Positions 19,497 to 29,809 of a DNA stretch of 64,000 nucleotides are shown here, piece after piece (the first letter of the stretch is position 1; every line of letters starts with the position of its first letter). A program made the translations under genes and the position numbers. The stretch comes from Candidatus Nomurabacteria bacterium (GTDB lineage: Bacteria; Patescibacteriota; Minisyncoccia; Phycocordibacterales; UBA9973): positions 301,684-365,683 of the forward strand of contig CP064973.1 of the NCBI GenBank assembly GCA_016699365.1, read 5' to 3'. The notes below the pieces were generated by a model. That model was not told where the DNA came from. It did no database searches and worked only from the letters and a program-made list of their open reading frames with translations.

Positions 19497-21620
19497 ATGT
19501 CTTCAAAATATAAATTTCTAAAACCTATTGCCAAAGTATCTTTTGCTTTTGTGCTTATTTTTACACTTACCACTAGTCAAGCTAGTGCTACTGGCCTACC
19601 TACTGTTGACCTGGCAAATTTACCAGTCAATATAGGTAGTGCGATAACCTCTTCTCAGACAGCTGTAACCACAATAAAAGAATTCAGTGAGGGTATGTTA
19701 GCCAAGATGTTGAAGAAGATCGGCTCTCAAGTAGCTCTAAATATGACCCAGCAGGTTATAAACTGGGGTTCTACAGGTTTCAAGGGCAATCCATTCTTCG
19801 TACGTGATCAACAGAGTTTCTATAAAAGTATTGCAGATGAACAAGTTGAAGCTTTTGTGAACGAAATAAGCGCAGATGAGACTGCTTTTCCATATTCTAG
19901 AAATATATCTATGAATTTGATCACCGATCAGGTTTTGGGTAACAGTGGTGATTTTAAAAGTAAATTGAATTTTTCTCTCGATGAAACCATAGGGCCTAAT
20001 TGGGAAGATTTTACTGAAGATGATTTTAGTGTAGGAGGATGGGATGGTTGGATGGCATATACACAAAATGACGCAAACAATCCAGTAGGAGCATATTTGC
20101 GTTCAGCCGAAGAACTTGAAAACAGAGTAGATGCAGTAAAAAATACGACTCAGACAGAGCTTGCTCAAAGTGGGGGATTTTTGTCTATGAAAAAATGTGT
20201 TCAATACAAAGACGGAGTCGATGCATCAGGACTTGATCCGTTAGGAGAAGATATGGAAGAGTACCTGAGCAGTCTGTCTCTTTCTCTTGGAAGTGATATA
20301 GAGTTCAACGCAAGCGATGATTGTGCACGTTACGAAACAGTAACACCAGGTAAGCTTATTGCCGCACAATTACAACAGTCAGTAGAGGCACCTCTAACAA
20401 AAGCCATGAATGACTCCGCGACTGGTAATACAATCCTGGATTCAGTATCAAATCTTGCGGCTGGCCTTATAACACAAGGTATAACACAATTGATAGGAAA
20501 CATAGACACTACAGATCCAGAAGACCCAACAGCTGGTGGACCAGGAAATAACTCAGAATTTCAATCTAGTGGAGATGTATTTGTGTGGAATACAGGCGAT
20601 ACTGTAGATTTGGAGGCTACTCCAATATATGTAGGAGGGGTACTTACGGGTGTGCCTAGTGAATTGTTGCAAACATCTATCGATGATACTCAAGCTGAAC
20701 TTGACTTACTTATGTCTTCAAAAAATCTTATTAGAGATTTCCCTAAAAAAACAATGGAGCTTGATCAGTGTTTACCGGGTCCAGATTATAAATTCGCAAA
20801 TCGAATGCGTGAACAATACCTATTGGAATCAAAGAAGGTTCAAAATAAATCAGATAACGATACTGAAAATGGAGATGAAGCCCAAGATCAAATAAAATGT
20901 TTCGATGGGTTCATATCTCAACTTATATCTGATATAAAAATTGCACTTATCTCAGGAACTCTACGTGACGGTCCAGCGTTAGGTCAATCTCAAATCGCAA
21001 GTTGTCCTGGAGGTAGGCCTTGGGAAGATGTAAATTTTCCATACAAGAATATTCCTTCTGCGCCAATTATATATGATCAAGTAAATAGAATTTCTGGATA
21101 TAACGATGAAGCTGGAGCGCTTGATGCGAAGATTTCTTCTAAGATTAGAGCTTTGGCAATCCTGCAGGGCATAAAAGCAAATATTGTTACATATCCAAAT
21201 ACTGAGCTTCTAAATCCTCTAGATACTCAGTCTCCAGAAAACAAAGAACTAAAAGATAAGCTCGCTTCACAGTATGTTTCGATTGAATCTAAAATTGGAC
21301 GCCCAGATACAATTGCCGATGCTCTCGTAGAATACGATACATATGTAGATGAAGATTATGACATATTTAATGCTGCAAATCCGAGTTCTTTATTATCTAA
21401 ATGTCTTGCCGAAAGAACTGATTTCGCTAGTGCTCCGATGTACTCGGACGCTTGGCATACTATAGTAGATGATAATAGGCAAACTTTGTTCTGTGCTTGG
21501 GAAGATTCGTGGGGTAATTTTTATACACAGACCAGAGGTTACAATGATAATGATTTTGAATTTGAGTGTGATAGCTGGTATAGGGGAGGTATAGACGATT
21601 ATAAGGGTGATGCATTCTAA
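19497..21620 (+). CDS. Hypothetical secreted protein (707 aa, signal peptide)
   Basis: N-terminal signal peptide ending ..TTSQASA; no known motif. Confidence 0.6.
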   Translation: MSSKYKFLKPIAKVSFAFVLIFTLTTSQASATGLPTVDLANLPVNIGSAITSSQTAVTTIKEFSEGMLAKMLKKIGSQVALNMTQQVINWGSTGFKGNPFFVRDQQSFYKSIADEQVEAFVNEISADETAFPYSRNISMNLITDQVLGNSGDFKSKLNFSLDETIGPNWEDFTEDDFSVGGWDGWMAYTQNDANNPVGAYLRSAEELENRVDAVKNTTQTELAQSGGFLSMKKCVQYKDGVDASGLDPLGEDMEEYLSSLSLSLGSDIEFNASDDCARYETVTPGKLIAAQLQQSVEAPLTKAMNDSATGNTILDSVSNLAAGLITQGITQLIGNIDTTDPEDPTAGGPGNNSEFQSSGDVFVWNTGDTVDLEATPIYVGGVLTGVPSELLQTSIDDTQAELDLLMSSKNLIRDFPKKTMELDQCLPGPDYKFANRMREQYLLESKKVQNKSDNDTENGDEAQDQIKCFDGFISQLISDIKIALISGTLRDGPALGQSQIASCPGGRPWEDVNFPYKNIPSAPIIYDQVNRISGYNDEAGALDAKISSKIRALAILQGIKANIVTYPNTELLNPLDTQSPENKELKDKLASQYVSIESKIGRPDTIADALVEYDTYVDEDYDIFNAANPSSLLSKCLAERTDFASAPMYSDAWHTIVDDNRQTLFCAWEDSWGNFYTQTRGYNDNDFEFECDSWYRGGIDDYKGDAF

Positions 21621-21752
21621 AGTTTAAAAAAGAAAAATCTTCCAATAATATGGGGGATTTTTCTTTGGTAATTCACTTTTTTATTGTATTTACTATATAT
21701 TTGCATGGTACAATATACGTACAATTCTATTGTGCAAAAAATATCAAAAAGA

Positions 21753-24700
21753 ATGAAGAATATTTGCGCATCGACACTACTCTTTACTATAGTAATGAGC
21801 TCTTTTTCGTTTTTGTTTTTACCTAGAGTTGCTAAAGCAAATCTAAATGATAATTTCGAAGTTCCTACAATTGAAATTTCGTCAATTGGAGAGACCACAG
21901 CTACAATAAAATATACTCTAAAAGTCGGTGGTAACAATGGTAATATTGGACACGATATCTATAAAAACCAGAAGACAGTAGCAACACCTGGAGCAATCGC
22001 GGATGGAACTGAAGAGTTGGGTGACGCTAGTGATGGGGGAATTGAAGATAGAGTGGGAAATGTATTCGTTAAAGGTGCGGATGGAAACTCTAAATATGAA
22101 ATAATTTCAGGTAATTCAAATGACAATACTGGACCTTTTACTGATCCGGAAAATGGTGGTGCACTCGGATCGTTTGATGAGCTTGAGTGTAACGGATATG
22201 GTTGCGGAGTTTATCTAGATATCGCAGCTATTACGGCTAGTAATTTTGATAGTTTAGACAATAAAGAGGCTCCTAGAATGAGTCAGGAAGAAGTTTTGGC
22301 GGGAACTGAAGCTTCTCTTAGAGCGGGACGTCTAATACCAGGAGAAACTTTTGATCCAGAAATTGGTTTTTCATTTGTTATTATTCCAGACGTTTTTAAA
22401 TCTGAACAAACAGTTATTGTAACAATAACTGGTCTTACTGCTGATACACAATATTATGCATCTGGACGCTTGATGGAAGGAGGTGGAGGAGATGATTTGA
22501 GTGCATCAGATGATGATGAAGACAAGATAGTAGAGTTTAAGACTAAGCCTGTTGGTTCTGGTGAGGTGACTGGTGCCGCTGGTCAAACTACAGCATCAGC
22601 TACCGATGTGGGTGGTTCAGATAATGGTCCTGCTTGTTTCAAAATGGCCGCGGGTGTAGTGCCTTACTTGAGTATCCCTGGATGTTTTGCACAATTGCTC
22701 TACTATGTTTTCTACAAACCAACAGCATTTTTGGCTGGTCTTGCTGCAATGTTTTTGGATTGGTTTATGCATTTTTCTATACAGAGTGCTACCTATAGTG
22801 AATCTGAATTTATATCACAAGGCTGGTCACTTGTTCGTGATATATCAAACATAGTATTTATTTTTATACTTTTATATATAGCAATAGGAACTATACTCCG
22901 ACTACCTTCTGTTGATGCGAAAAAGATGATTGGTACGCTTGTTGTAGTGGCGCTTTTGATAAATTTCAGTTTATTTTTTACAAAGATAGTGGTTGATGCT
23001 TCCAATATTTTAGCGAACCTAATGTATAGCACTATATCAGTCGGAGGTGGAACAGGTGTGGGAGATGAGAAGACAATATCTGGCGCTTTGGTAAGTCAAT
23101 TCAACCCACAAACTATTTTCTCAAAAAGTGGAATAGATTCAGAAGGTGACATAGGTATGTATATCATTGTGACATTGATAGCTGTCGCTATGAACGTTCT
23201 TTTGATAATAATGTTCTTGAAGATAGGTATTTTATTTGTTGGTAGAGTCATATCTCTTATGGTTGCAATGATTTTCTCGCCACTCGCTTTTATATCCATG
23301 ATAGTTCCGGGTATGAAGTCTTGGAAAAATGTTGGTTGGACCAATTGGTCTAGTGAGCTGATAAAAACGGCATTTCTTGCTCCAGTATTTCTATTCTTCT
23401 TGTACTTGATAGTTTTATTCTTAGATTTAAAAACTCTTGCTATATCTGACACAGCTTCTGCTGGAGCAAATCTTCTATACGTCCTGCTTCCGTTTGCGAT
23501 TGTCTACACTTTACTCATGAAAGCACAGAAACTTGCTATAGATTTGTCTGGAGAGATTGGTCAGCAATCCATGGCTGTTATGAGTAAGGTGGGAGGTCTT
23601 GCTGTTGGAGCAGCTACAGGAGGAGCGGCTCTGGCGCTTCGTGGTACGGTTGGGGCCGCTGCCGCTCGTACTGCAGCAAACCCAGAGCTTCAAGCAGCCG
23701 CAGCTGCTGGAGACAAAGGGGCACAACGTAAACTTGCGCTTGCAAACTATGGTGCAGCAAGTAGTTTTGATTTCCGAAAGACAAAGGCTGGTACTGCGTT
23801 TGGTAAACAGACTGGATGGGATATGGACACAAAGGGTAGTGCTAAATTTGCACAAAATCTTGGAAACATGGTTGGTGGTGCAGGTAAATTTGATCTTTCT
23901 ACAGAAGGTGGAGCTAAGTCTGCAAATGAACGCAAGACAAAAGAGAAGTCAGACAAGGTAGAGACATATCTACTCAAGGGTTATGAAGCTAGTCAGCAAG
24001 ATAAAAAAGCAGGAGCTTGGAAAGCTGATCTTGAAAAAGCGCTTGAGCAAGAAAGAAAGAATAATCCAAATCTTGATGAGGTGCAGTTTAGAAAAGACTT
24101 TGAGAAGGGTAATACAACTACTACTTATGTGGATCCTACAACAGGTCAGACTGAAACAATTCGTGGTAGAGCAAAAGAAAAAACAGCAAAAGAAGTCAAT
24201 TCTGAAAGATTACACGATCAAGCAAATGAAGTTGAATTTGGAAATGGCTATACAGAGAAAAGAAATGTTGCTAAAGAGCAGGCTACACAAGCTGGTCAAA
24301 GATTTGATGAAGCTAAATGGAGAAAGGATAACAATATTGAGACTAGATCTGATATGTCTAAATCTGAAAAACAATTTACTGTGGATACTCGCAAAAAAGC
24401 AGGAGAAGAATCAAAACCTATTAGTGGAAAAGAGAGACAGAAGGCAGAAGGTCAGATTACTAGAGCCGCATATGAGCTTAAGAAAATTGATCAGCACTTG
24501 CAAGATATTGCAGATACTTGGAATGCAGACCCTGCAAATGCAGGAAATCCAATTCAGGCAAAAGATGTTTCATTTGATCATGTTGAATTCGCTATGAATG
24601 AAGGTCAGTCAAGTCTATCTATATACGAAGCTCAATTGAAAAAAGCCGAAAAAGATGTTGCTGATGGAACAATTACAGCGCAGCAGTACGCTCAAGTTAA

Positions 24701-24812
24701 ATCTCAGTATGATAAGACAAAAGGAGAAATTGCTTCTTATAAAACATTGTTTAATGACAAAGCTCAGCAGCAGAATGCTAAATCCGAGGCTGAAGAAAAA
24801 TTATCTAGTTAA
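21753..24812 (+). CDS. Large polytopic membrane protein with VirB6/TrbL-like topology (signal peptide, ~280-aa exodomain, at least 6 TM helices, long charged coiled-coil C-terminal tail)
   Basis: Start moved to the ATG at 21753 (signal peptide MKNICASTLLFTIVMSSFSFLFLPRVAKA); the track's 21684 is a TTG that overlaps the TGgTACAAT extended -10. TM cluster at residues ~320-620. Two genes upstream of VirB4. Confidence 0.4.
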   Translation: MKNICASTLLFTIVMSSFSFLFLPRVAKANLNDNFEVPTIEISSIGETTATIKYTLKVGGNNGNIGHDIYKNQKTVATPGAIADGTEELGDASDGGIEDRVGNVFVKGADGNSKYEIISGNSNDNTGPFTDPENGGALGSFDELECNGYGCGVYLDIAAITASNFDSLDNKEAPRMSQEEVLAGTEASLRAGRLIPGETFDPEIGFSFVIIPDVFKSEQTVIVTITGLTADTQYYASGRLMEGGGGDDLSASDDDEDKIVEFKTKPVGSGEVTGAAGQTTASATDVGGSDNGPACFKMAAGVVPYLSIPGCFAQLLYYVFYKPTAFLAGLAAMFLDWFMHFSIQSATYSESEFISQGWSLVRDISNIVFIFILLYIAIGTILRLPSVDAKKMIGTLVVVALLINFSLFFTKIVVDASNILANLMYSTISVGGGTGVGDEKTISGALVSQFNPQTIFSKSGIDSEGDIGMYIIVTLIAVAMNVLLIIMFLKIGILFVGRVISLMVAMIFSPLAFISMIVPGMKSWKNVGWTNWSSELIKTAFLAPVFLFFLYLIVLFLDLKTLAISDTASAGANLLYVLLPFAIVYTLLMKAQKLAIDLSGEIGQQSMAVMSKVGGLAVGAATGGAALALRGTVGAAAARTAANPELQAAAAAGDKGAQRKLALANYGAASSFDFRKTKAGTAFGKQTGWDMDTKGSAKFAQNLGNMVGGAGKFDLSTEGGAKSANERKTKEKSDKVETYLLKGYEASQQDKKAGAWKADLEKALEQERKNNPNLDEVQFRKDFEKGNTTTTYVDPTTGQTETIRGRAKEKTAKEVNSERLHDQANEVEFGNGYTEKRNVAKEQATQAGQRFDEAKWRKDNNIETRSDMSKSEKQFTVDTRKKAGEESKPISGKERQKAEGQITRAAYELKKIDQHLQDIADTWNADPANAGNPIQAKDVSFDHVEFAMNEGQSSLSIYEAQLKKAEKDVADGTITAQQYAQVKSQYDKTKGEIASYKTLFNDKAQQQNAKSEAEEKLSS

Positions 24813-24817
24813 AAAAT

Positions 24818-25714
24818 ATGAAATTTACAGTTGAACAAATAAATAAAGCCTTTGACTCTATCCCAGTAGCTACACGCAAGGCTATGAGTGTTACACCTGT
24901 CGATAAAGTTATGCAAGAGTTGGCTGCAACTCACCAAGTTTCGCTTGATAAAATATCTCAAATTTCTGGTCAAATAACTTTCGTCTTGATTGGTCTTGAA
25001 AAAGCAGGGGATTTCTATGATTCAATTAAGTTTCAAACTGGTCTATCAGATGATATTTTGATAAAACTTGTAGATGAAATAAACAAAAAAATATTTGTTC
25101 CATTTAGACAAGCAATGATTGCATTCTCTTATGAACCAGAAGAAGAGGTAGTAGAAAGTGAACCCGAGGCACCAAGCAATCCTTCGATCAAGTTGAATTT
25201 TCCAGGAACTCCAAAAGCACAAGAGCAAAATGATAGAGCAATTCTTCGTAGTACCGATATAGAGATAGATGAAGATCCAGGAGAGCAGGTTAGAGAGGCT
25301 CTAGAAGATGTAAGCGCAAGAAGTCTAGACAGAGACAAGCTTTTAAGAACACTAGAGAATCCTCCTAAAAGTGAAGGTTTAATAAAAATTCCAGAGGTTG
25401 TAAGACCGGCTGTTTCAGAGATTGGTACAAGTTTTAATAGAGAGAGTATAAAAGTTCCGACGAATATTGTTCCACCGCCTGTAAATTTTTCAGATAAAGT
25501 GGATACAGTACCTCGCCAAGAGAATGATATATCTCCAATACAAAAACTTGCTCAATCAGCAGGAGTTATTGGCACTCCGGAGGTTTCTGGGACTGGTATT
25601 GTAGGTAGCAAACTACAAGCTACTTTTAAAATTCCAAAAGAAGTTAGTAATTACACAGTCCCAGCCATAGGAGAAAAGAAAATTCAGAGTGATCCGTACA
25701 GAGAGCCGGTTTAA
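24818..25714 (+). CDS. Hypothetical acidic protein (298 aa)
   Basis: ORF inside the VirB4 cluster; no TM segment and no recognisable motif. Confidence 0.5.
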   Translation: MKFTVEQINKAFDSIPVATRKAMSVTPVDKVMQELAATHQVSLDKISQISGQITFVLIGLEKAGDFYDSIKFQTGLSDDILIKLVDEINKKIFVPFRQAMIAFSYEPEEEVVESEPEAPSNPSIKLNFPGTPKAQEQNDRAILRSTDIEIDEDPGEQVREALEDVSARSLDRDKLLRTLENPPKSEGLIKIPEVVRPAVSEIGTSFNRESIKVPTNIVPPPVNFSDKVDTVPRQENDISPIQKLAQSAGVIGTPEVSGTGIVGSKLQATFKIPKEVSNYTVPAIGEKKIQSDPYREPV

Positions 25715-25867
25715 AAAATTAGTAAAAATCCCCAAAGGGGATTTTTACTTTATAACCACATGCGTAGTATAGGTTGTGTATATAATAAAAAATCCCATTG
25801 ATTGTGATGGCATAGTATCTCTCTGTATAGTATCTAAAATCTTATAGAATTCTGATATAATACATAC

Positions 25868-26272
25868 ATGCGATTTAGCGTCCCTCAATTTATTGATATC
25901 GAAGATAAAATATTTGGACCATTTACCTTCAAGCAGTTTGTGTATTTAGCTGGAGGTGCTGGTATTTGTTTCATTGTATACAAGTTGCTACCTTTTTTCT
26001 TTGCGGTTATATTTATAGTTCCAATAGCAGGTCTCGCACTGGCTTTGACTTTTTACAAAGTTAACAACAAGCCTTTTATTGCAATACTCGAGTCTTATAT
26101 TAGATTTCTTATGCAGGGTAAGTTGTATATTTGGAAAAAAGATCCGAAGAAAAAAGAAATAAATAAGACAGAAGATGTACTTCCTGCTCCGATTGTTCCT
26201 AGATTATCAGAAAGTAGACTTAAGGATATATCCTGGAGTCTAGATGTTCTCGATGTAAACTCTAAAAAGTAA
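25868..26272 (+). CDS. Small two-TM membrane protein, VirB3/PrgI-like by size, topology and position
   Basis: 134 aa with two adjacent hydrophobic helices near the N-terminus; immediately upstream of the VirB4 ORFs, as is typical for VirB3. Confidence 0.4.
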   Translation: MRFSVPQFIDIEDKIFGPFTFKQFVYLAGGAGICFIVYKLLPFFFAVIFIVPIAGLALALTFYKVNNKPFIAILESYIRFLMQGKLYIWKKDPKKKEINKTEDVLPAPIVPRLSESRLKDISWSLDVLDVNSKK

Positions 26273-26294
26273 ACTATTTGGTATACTAAACTCT

Positions 26295-26939
26295 ATGGCA
26301 ATCAACGCACGCTCAACACAATCATTCGTACCGATCAAAGAAGTTCGGGATGGCGTTGTTGTACTTAAAGATGGTGGTTTGCGTGCTGTGATTATGGCAT
26401 CTTCTGTAAACCTATCGCTTAAGTCTAGTGATGAACAACAAGCTATAATTATGCAATTCCAAACCTTCTTGAATTCTTTGGAATTTTCGACTCAAATAAT
26501 TGTTCAATCTAGGAGATTGGACATAAAACCATACTTACTTACACTTGAGAATCGAATGAAGGATCAAGTCGAACCCCTACTTAAAGTTCAAACAAAAGAG
26601 TATATAGAATTTATAAGATCATTTACAGAACAGGTGAACATAATGACAAAGAACTTTTTTATAGTAGTACCTTATTCTGCAGCTCCATTGTCAAAGCAGG
26701 GTAGTATAACAAAGGCATTTTCCGATCTTACTGGTGCTGGAGATAAAGTTAGTCAAAAAAATGACGCACTATCTTTATTTGAAGAAAAAAGAACCCAGTT
26801 AGAGCAGCGTGTTGCAGTTATTCAACAGGGTCTTAATCGTTGTGGTGTGCGTAGTACAAAACTTGGGACAGAAGAAGTGATAGAACTTTTTTATAAAGTA
26901 TTTAATCCTGGTGAGACTGAACAAAATATAAAAATATAA
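26295..26939 (+). CDS. VirB4 N-terminal-domain-like protein (CagE/TrbE/VirB-type N-terminus). Either a separate ORF or the frameshifted 5' part of virB4.
   Basis: PIKEVRDGVVVLKDGGLRAVIMASSVNLSLKSSDEQQAIIMQFQTFLNSL matches the characteristic VirB4 N-terminus. Its stop overlaps the next ATG in another frame at an A-rich run. Confidence 0.45.
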   Translation: MAINARSTQSFVPIKEVRDGVVVLKDGGLRAVIMASSVNLSLKSSDEQQAIIMQFQTFLNSLEFSTQIIVQSRRLDIKPYLLTLENRMKDQVEPLLKVQTKEYIEFIRSFTEQVNIMTKNFFIVVPYSAAPLSKQGSITKAFSDLTGAGDKVSQKNDALSLFEEKRTQLEQRVAVIQQGLNRCGVRSTKLGTEEVIELFYKVFNPGETEQNIKI

Positions 26940-26941
26940 TT

Positions 26942-28768
26942 ATGGGAATTTTAGATAAAATTTTAGGTAAATCAAGTAAAAAAGCAGACGAACACCAAGT
27001 TTTGCCTGTTTTACCAGAGGAAATATATCAAGCGGCAACTCTAGAACTTCAGGATGTTATCGCGCCATCAGCACTACAAGTTGAGCCAAAGGCTTTGCAT
27101 TTGGGTGATAAAATAGCTCGTACTTTTTTTGTAATTTCTTATCCAAGATATCTTACTGATAACTGGTTTGCGCCAATCATCAACTTAGATAAAATATTTG
27201 ATGTTTCTTTTTTCATACACCCTATTGATACAGCTACAATATTGCGTCAATTTCAGAAAAAAGTTGCTGAGGTGCAAAGTCAGATAAATATGAGAGAGAG
27301 CCGTGGTCTTGTTCGTGACCCAATACTTGATACTGCGTACCGCGACCTAGAAAGTTTGCGTGATAGTTTGCAACAAGCCCAAGAAAAGATGTTTGATGTT
27401 GGTTTGTATATAACAATGTATGCCGACAATGAAGATGAGCTTTTCAAGTTGGAAAATGAAATAAAGTCTATCTTAGATGCCAAGCTAGTGTATCTAAAGC
27501 CAGCACTGTTTCAGCAGGAAGAAGGATTTAAGAGTGTAATTCCAATAGGTACAGATCTTCTTGGTGTACACCAGAAGCTTAATTCTGAACCTCTTTCTAG
27601 TATTTTCCCATTCGTTTCTTTTGACCTTACTTCTGATAAGGGTATTTTATATGGCGTAAATCGACACAATTCAAGCTTGGTTATATTCGACCGTTTCTCA
27701 CTTGAAAACTATAACTCTATTACTTTTGCAAAATCTGGTTCTGGTAAATCTTATGCCACAAAACTAGAGCTTATTCGTACTCTCATGTTCGACACAGAAG
27801 TGATTGTGATAGACCCAGAGCGTGAATATGAATACTTGGCTGAAGCGGTAGGTGGAAGATATTTCAATATTTCACTATCTAGTGATCACCACATCAATCC
27901 TTTTGATCTTCCTATACCTCGTGAAGATGAAACAGCTAGTGATGTGCTTCGCTCCAATACAATCAACTTGGTTGGGTTGTTTAGAATAATGCTCGGCGGC
28001 CTTACTCCAGAAGAAGATGCAATTATTGATCGTGCGATAACTGAGACATATGCTATCAAGGATATCACTGCAAATTCTGATTTCTCGAATATTGAACCAC
28101 CGCTTTTGTCTGACTTTGAAATGGTTTTATCAGGAATGGAGAATACCGAATCCGTTGTTCAGAAGTTGCAAAAGTACACTCGCGGTAGTTGGGCAGGTTT
28201 CTTAAATCAGCCTTCAAACGTTGATATCAATAAAAAATTCGTAGTGTTTTCAGTGCGTGATATGGAAGACGAACTCAAGCCTGTTGCGATGTATATTGTT
28301 ACTCACTACATTTGGAATGCAGTACGTAAAAATCTACGCAAAAGATTGCTTGTAGTGGACGAGGCATGGTGGATGATGAAAAGTGAAGACACAGCATCTT
28401 TCTTGTACTCAATTGCCAAGCGCGGAAGAAAATACTATCTAGGACTAATGACCATAACACAAGACGTGGGGGACTTCTTGAAAAGTCCGTACGGATTGCC
28501 GATCGTAACAAACTCTTCTATTCAATTGCTGTTGAAACAATCTCCTAGTTCTATAGATGTTCTTCAAAAGACTTTCAATTTAACAGATGAAGAAAAGTAT
28601 CTTCTTTTAGAATCAGGAGTCGGAGAGGGAATATTTTTTGCTGGATTAAAGCATGTCGCCATAAAGATTATTGCTTCATATACTGAAGATCAGATCATAA
28701 CATCTGATCCATCACAAGTATTGGCCATCCAGAAAGCTAAAAAGGATTTAGAAGAAGCGTCTAGTTAG
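26942..28768 (+). CDS. virB4: Type IV secretion / conjugal transfer ATPase, VirB4 family (Gram-positive PrgJ/TcpF-like)
   Basis: Walker A motif FAKSGSGKSYAT; Walker B motif LLVVDEAWWMM; motifs IAPSALQVEPKALHLGDKIARTFFVISYPRYL and C-terminal MTITQDVGDF. Confidence 0.8.
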   Translation: MGILDKILGKSSKKADEHQVLPVLPEEIYQAATLELQDVIAPSALQVEPKALHLGDKIARTFFVISYPRYLTDNWFAPIINLDKIFDVSFFIHPIDTATILRQFQKKVAEVQSQINMRESRGLVRDPILDTAYRDLESLRDSLQQAQEKMFDVGLYITMYADNEDELFKLENEIKSILDAKLVYLKPALFQQEEGFKSVIPIGTDLLGVHQKLNSEPLSSIFPFVSFDLTSDKGILYGVNRHNSSLVIFDRFSLENYNSITFAKSGSGKSYATKLELIRTLMFDTEVIVIDPEREYEYLAEAVGGRYFNISLSSDHHINPFDLPIPREDETASDVLRSNTINLVGLFRIMLGGLTPEEDAIIDRAITETYAIKDITANSDFSNIEPPLLSDFEMVLSGMENTESVVQKLQKYTRGSWAGFLNQPSNVDINKKFVVFSVRDMEDELKPVAMYIVTHYIWNAVRKNLRKRLLVVDEAWWMMKSEDTASFLYSIAKRGRKYYLGLMTITQDVGDFLKSPYGLPIVTNSSIQLLLKQSPSSIDVLQKTFNLTDEEKYLLLESGVGEGIFFAGLKHVAIKIIASYTEDQIITSDPSQVLAIQKAKKDLEEASS

Positions 28769-28863
28769 TCCTTGTATACAGTAGATGCTTATTTTATAAT
28801 AGTTTTAATGAATAAAAAGCGATATCGTCTACTTTACTCTATTTTTCAATCACAATTTTCTCT

Positions 28864-29805
28864 GTGATTATGTTCTCTGCACCTTTTAGCACAAGCGCAC
28901 TTGTTGGCAGTGATGTTATTGCAGAAATTACTCCAGAAATACCTGGCCCAAATGAACAAGTTACAATCAGGCTTACTAGTTATGCTATAGATTTGAATAG
29001 TTCACTAATTACTTGGAAGATTGGTGGTAAAACAGTTTTATCAAAAAACGGAGCCGTTTCCTATACTTTAAGTTCTGGTGCTAGTGGTTCTAGAACTACA
29101 GTTGAGGCAACTATTGTTTTTAGAGGTTCAACTTTAGTAAAGACAATATTGATTGAGCCTTCAACAATAGATCTTATATGGGAAGCTGTAGATTCATATA
29201 CACCTCCTTTTTATAAAGGTAAGGCACTACCTTCATCGGAAGCTGTTATAAAAATAGTAGGTATACCAGACATGAAATCTGGTGGAATAAAGCTTTCAAA
29301 AAATGACCTGACTTTCTCATGGGAGAGAAATTTTAGTGCGCTGCCAGTTTTTTCTGGATACGCAAAAGATTCTTTTATTTTTAAAACTAGTTATTTGAAT
29401 ACAACAGAAACAATATCTTTAAAAGCTAGCTCTATCAACGGTGGTCTTTCAGCTCAAAAAATCTCTACAATAAGAACCTCTTCACCTTTTATTGTTTTTT
29501 ATGAGTACAGTCCTCTTGCTGGAGTAAATTATAAAAAAAATCTTGGTGAATATTTTTCTCTAACTAAAGATGAGGCTACTATTGTAGCGGAGCCTTATTT
29601 CTTTTCTCCGAAAGATGCACTATCTAATGATCTAGATTATGAGTGGAAAATCAATGGCACAAGGATTGCAAACCAGTATCCTAAAAATACTCTTGTAGTT
29701 AGGAAACCTGCTGGTGCTAGTGGTAATGCATTTATTGATCTTTCAATTGAAAGTAAACCTAGGCTTTTTCAATCAGCAGATAAAACTTTAAATATTAATC
29801 TATAA
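28864..29805 (+). CDS. Hypothetical beta-rich secreted protein (313 aa)
   Basis: ORF in the cluster; Ser/Thr-rich, Ig-like character; no motif. Confidence 0.5.
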   Translation: MIMFSAPFSTSALVGSDVIAEITPEIPGPNEQVTIRLTSYAIDLNSSLITWKIGGKTVLSKNGAVSYTLSSGASGSRTTVEATIVFRGSTLVKTILIEPSTIDLIWEAVDSYTPPFYKGKALPSSEAVIKIVGIPDMKSGGIKLSKNDLTFSWERNFSALPVFSGYAKDSFIFKTSYLNTTETISLKASSINGGLSAQKISTIRTSSPFIVFYEYSPLAGVNYKKNLGEYFSLTKDEATIVAEPYFFSPKDALSNDLDYEWKINGTRIANQYPKNTLVVRKPAGASGNAFIDLSIESKPRLFQSADKTLNINL

Positions 29806-29809
29806 AACC

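Noticed and set aside
21684-21752. N-terminal 23 codons of the track ORF for the 1042-aa membrane protein
   Set aside because: The track start is a TTG that overlaps the predicted extended -10 element; the ATG at 21753 yields a canonical signal peptide.
26295-26939. Calling the 214-aa ORF an independent novel gene unrelated to VirB4
   Set aside because: Its sequence matches the canonical VirB4 N-terminal domain, so it is part of virB4 (split or frameshifted), not a new family.
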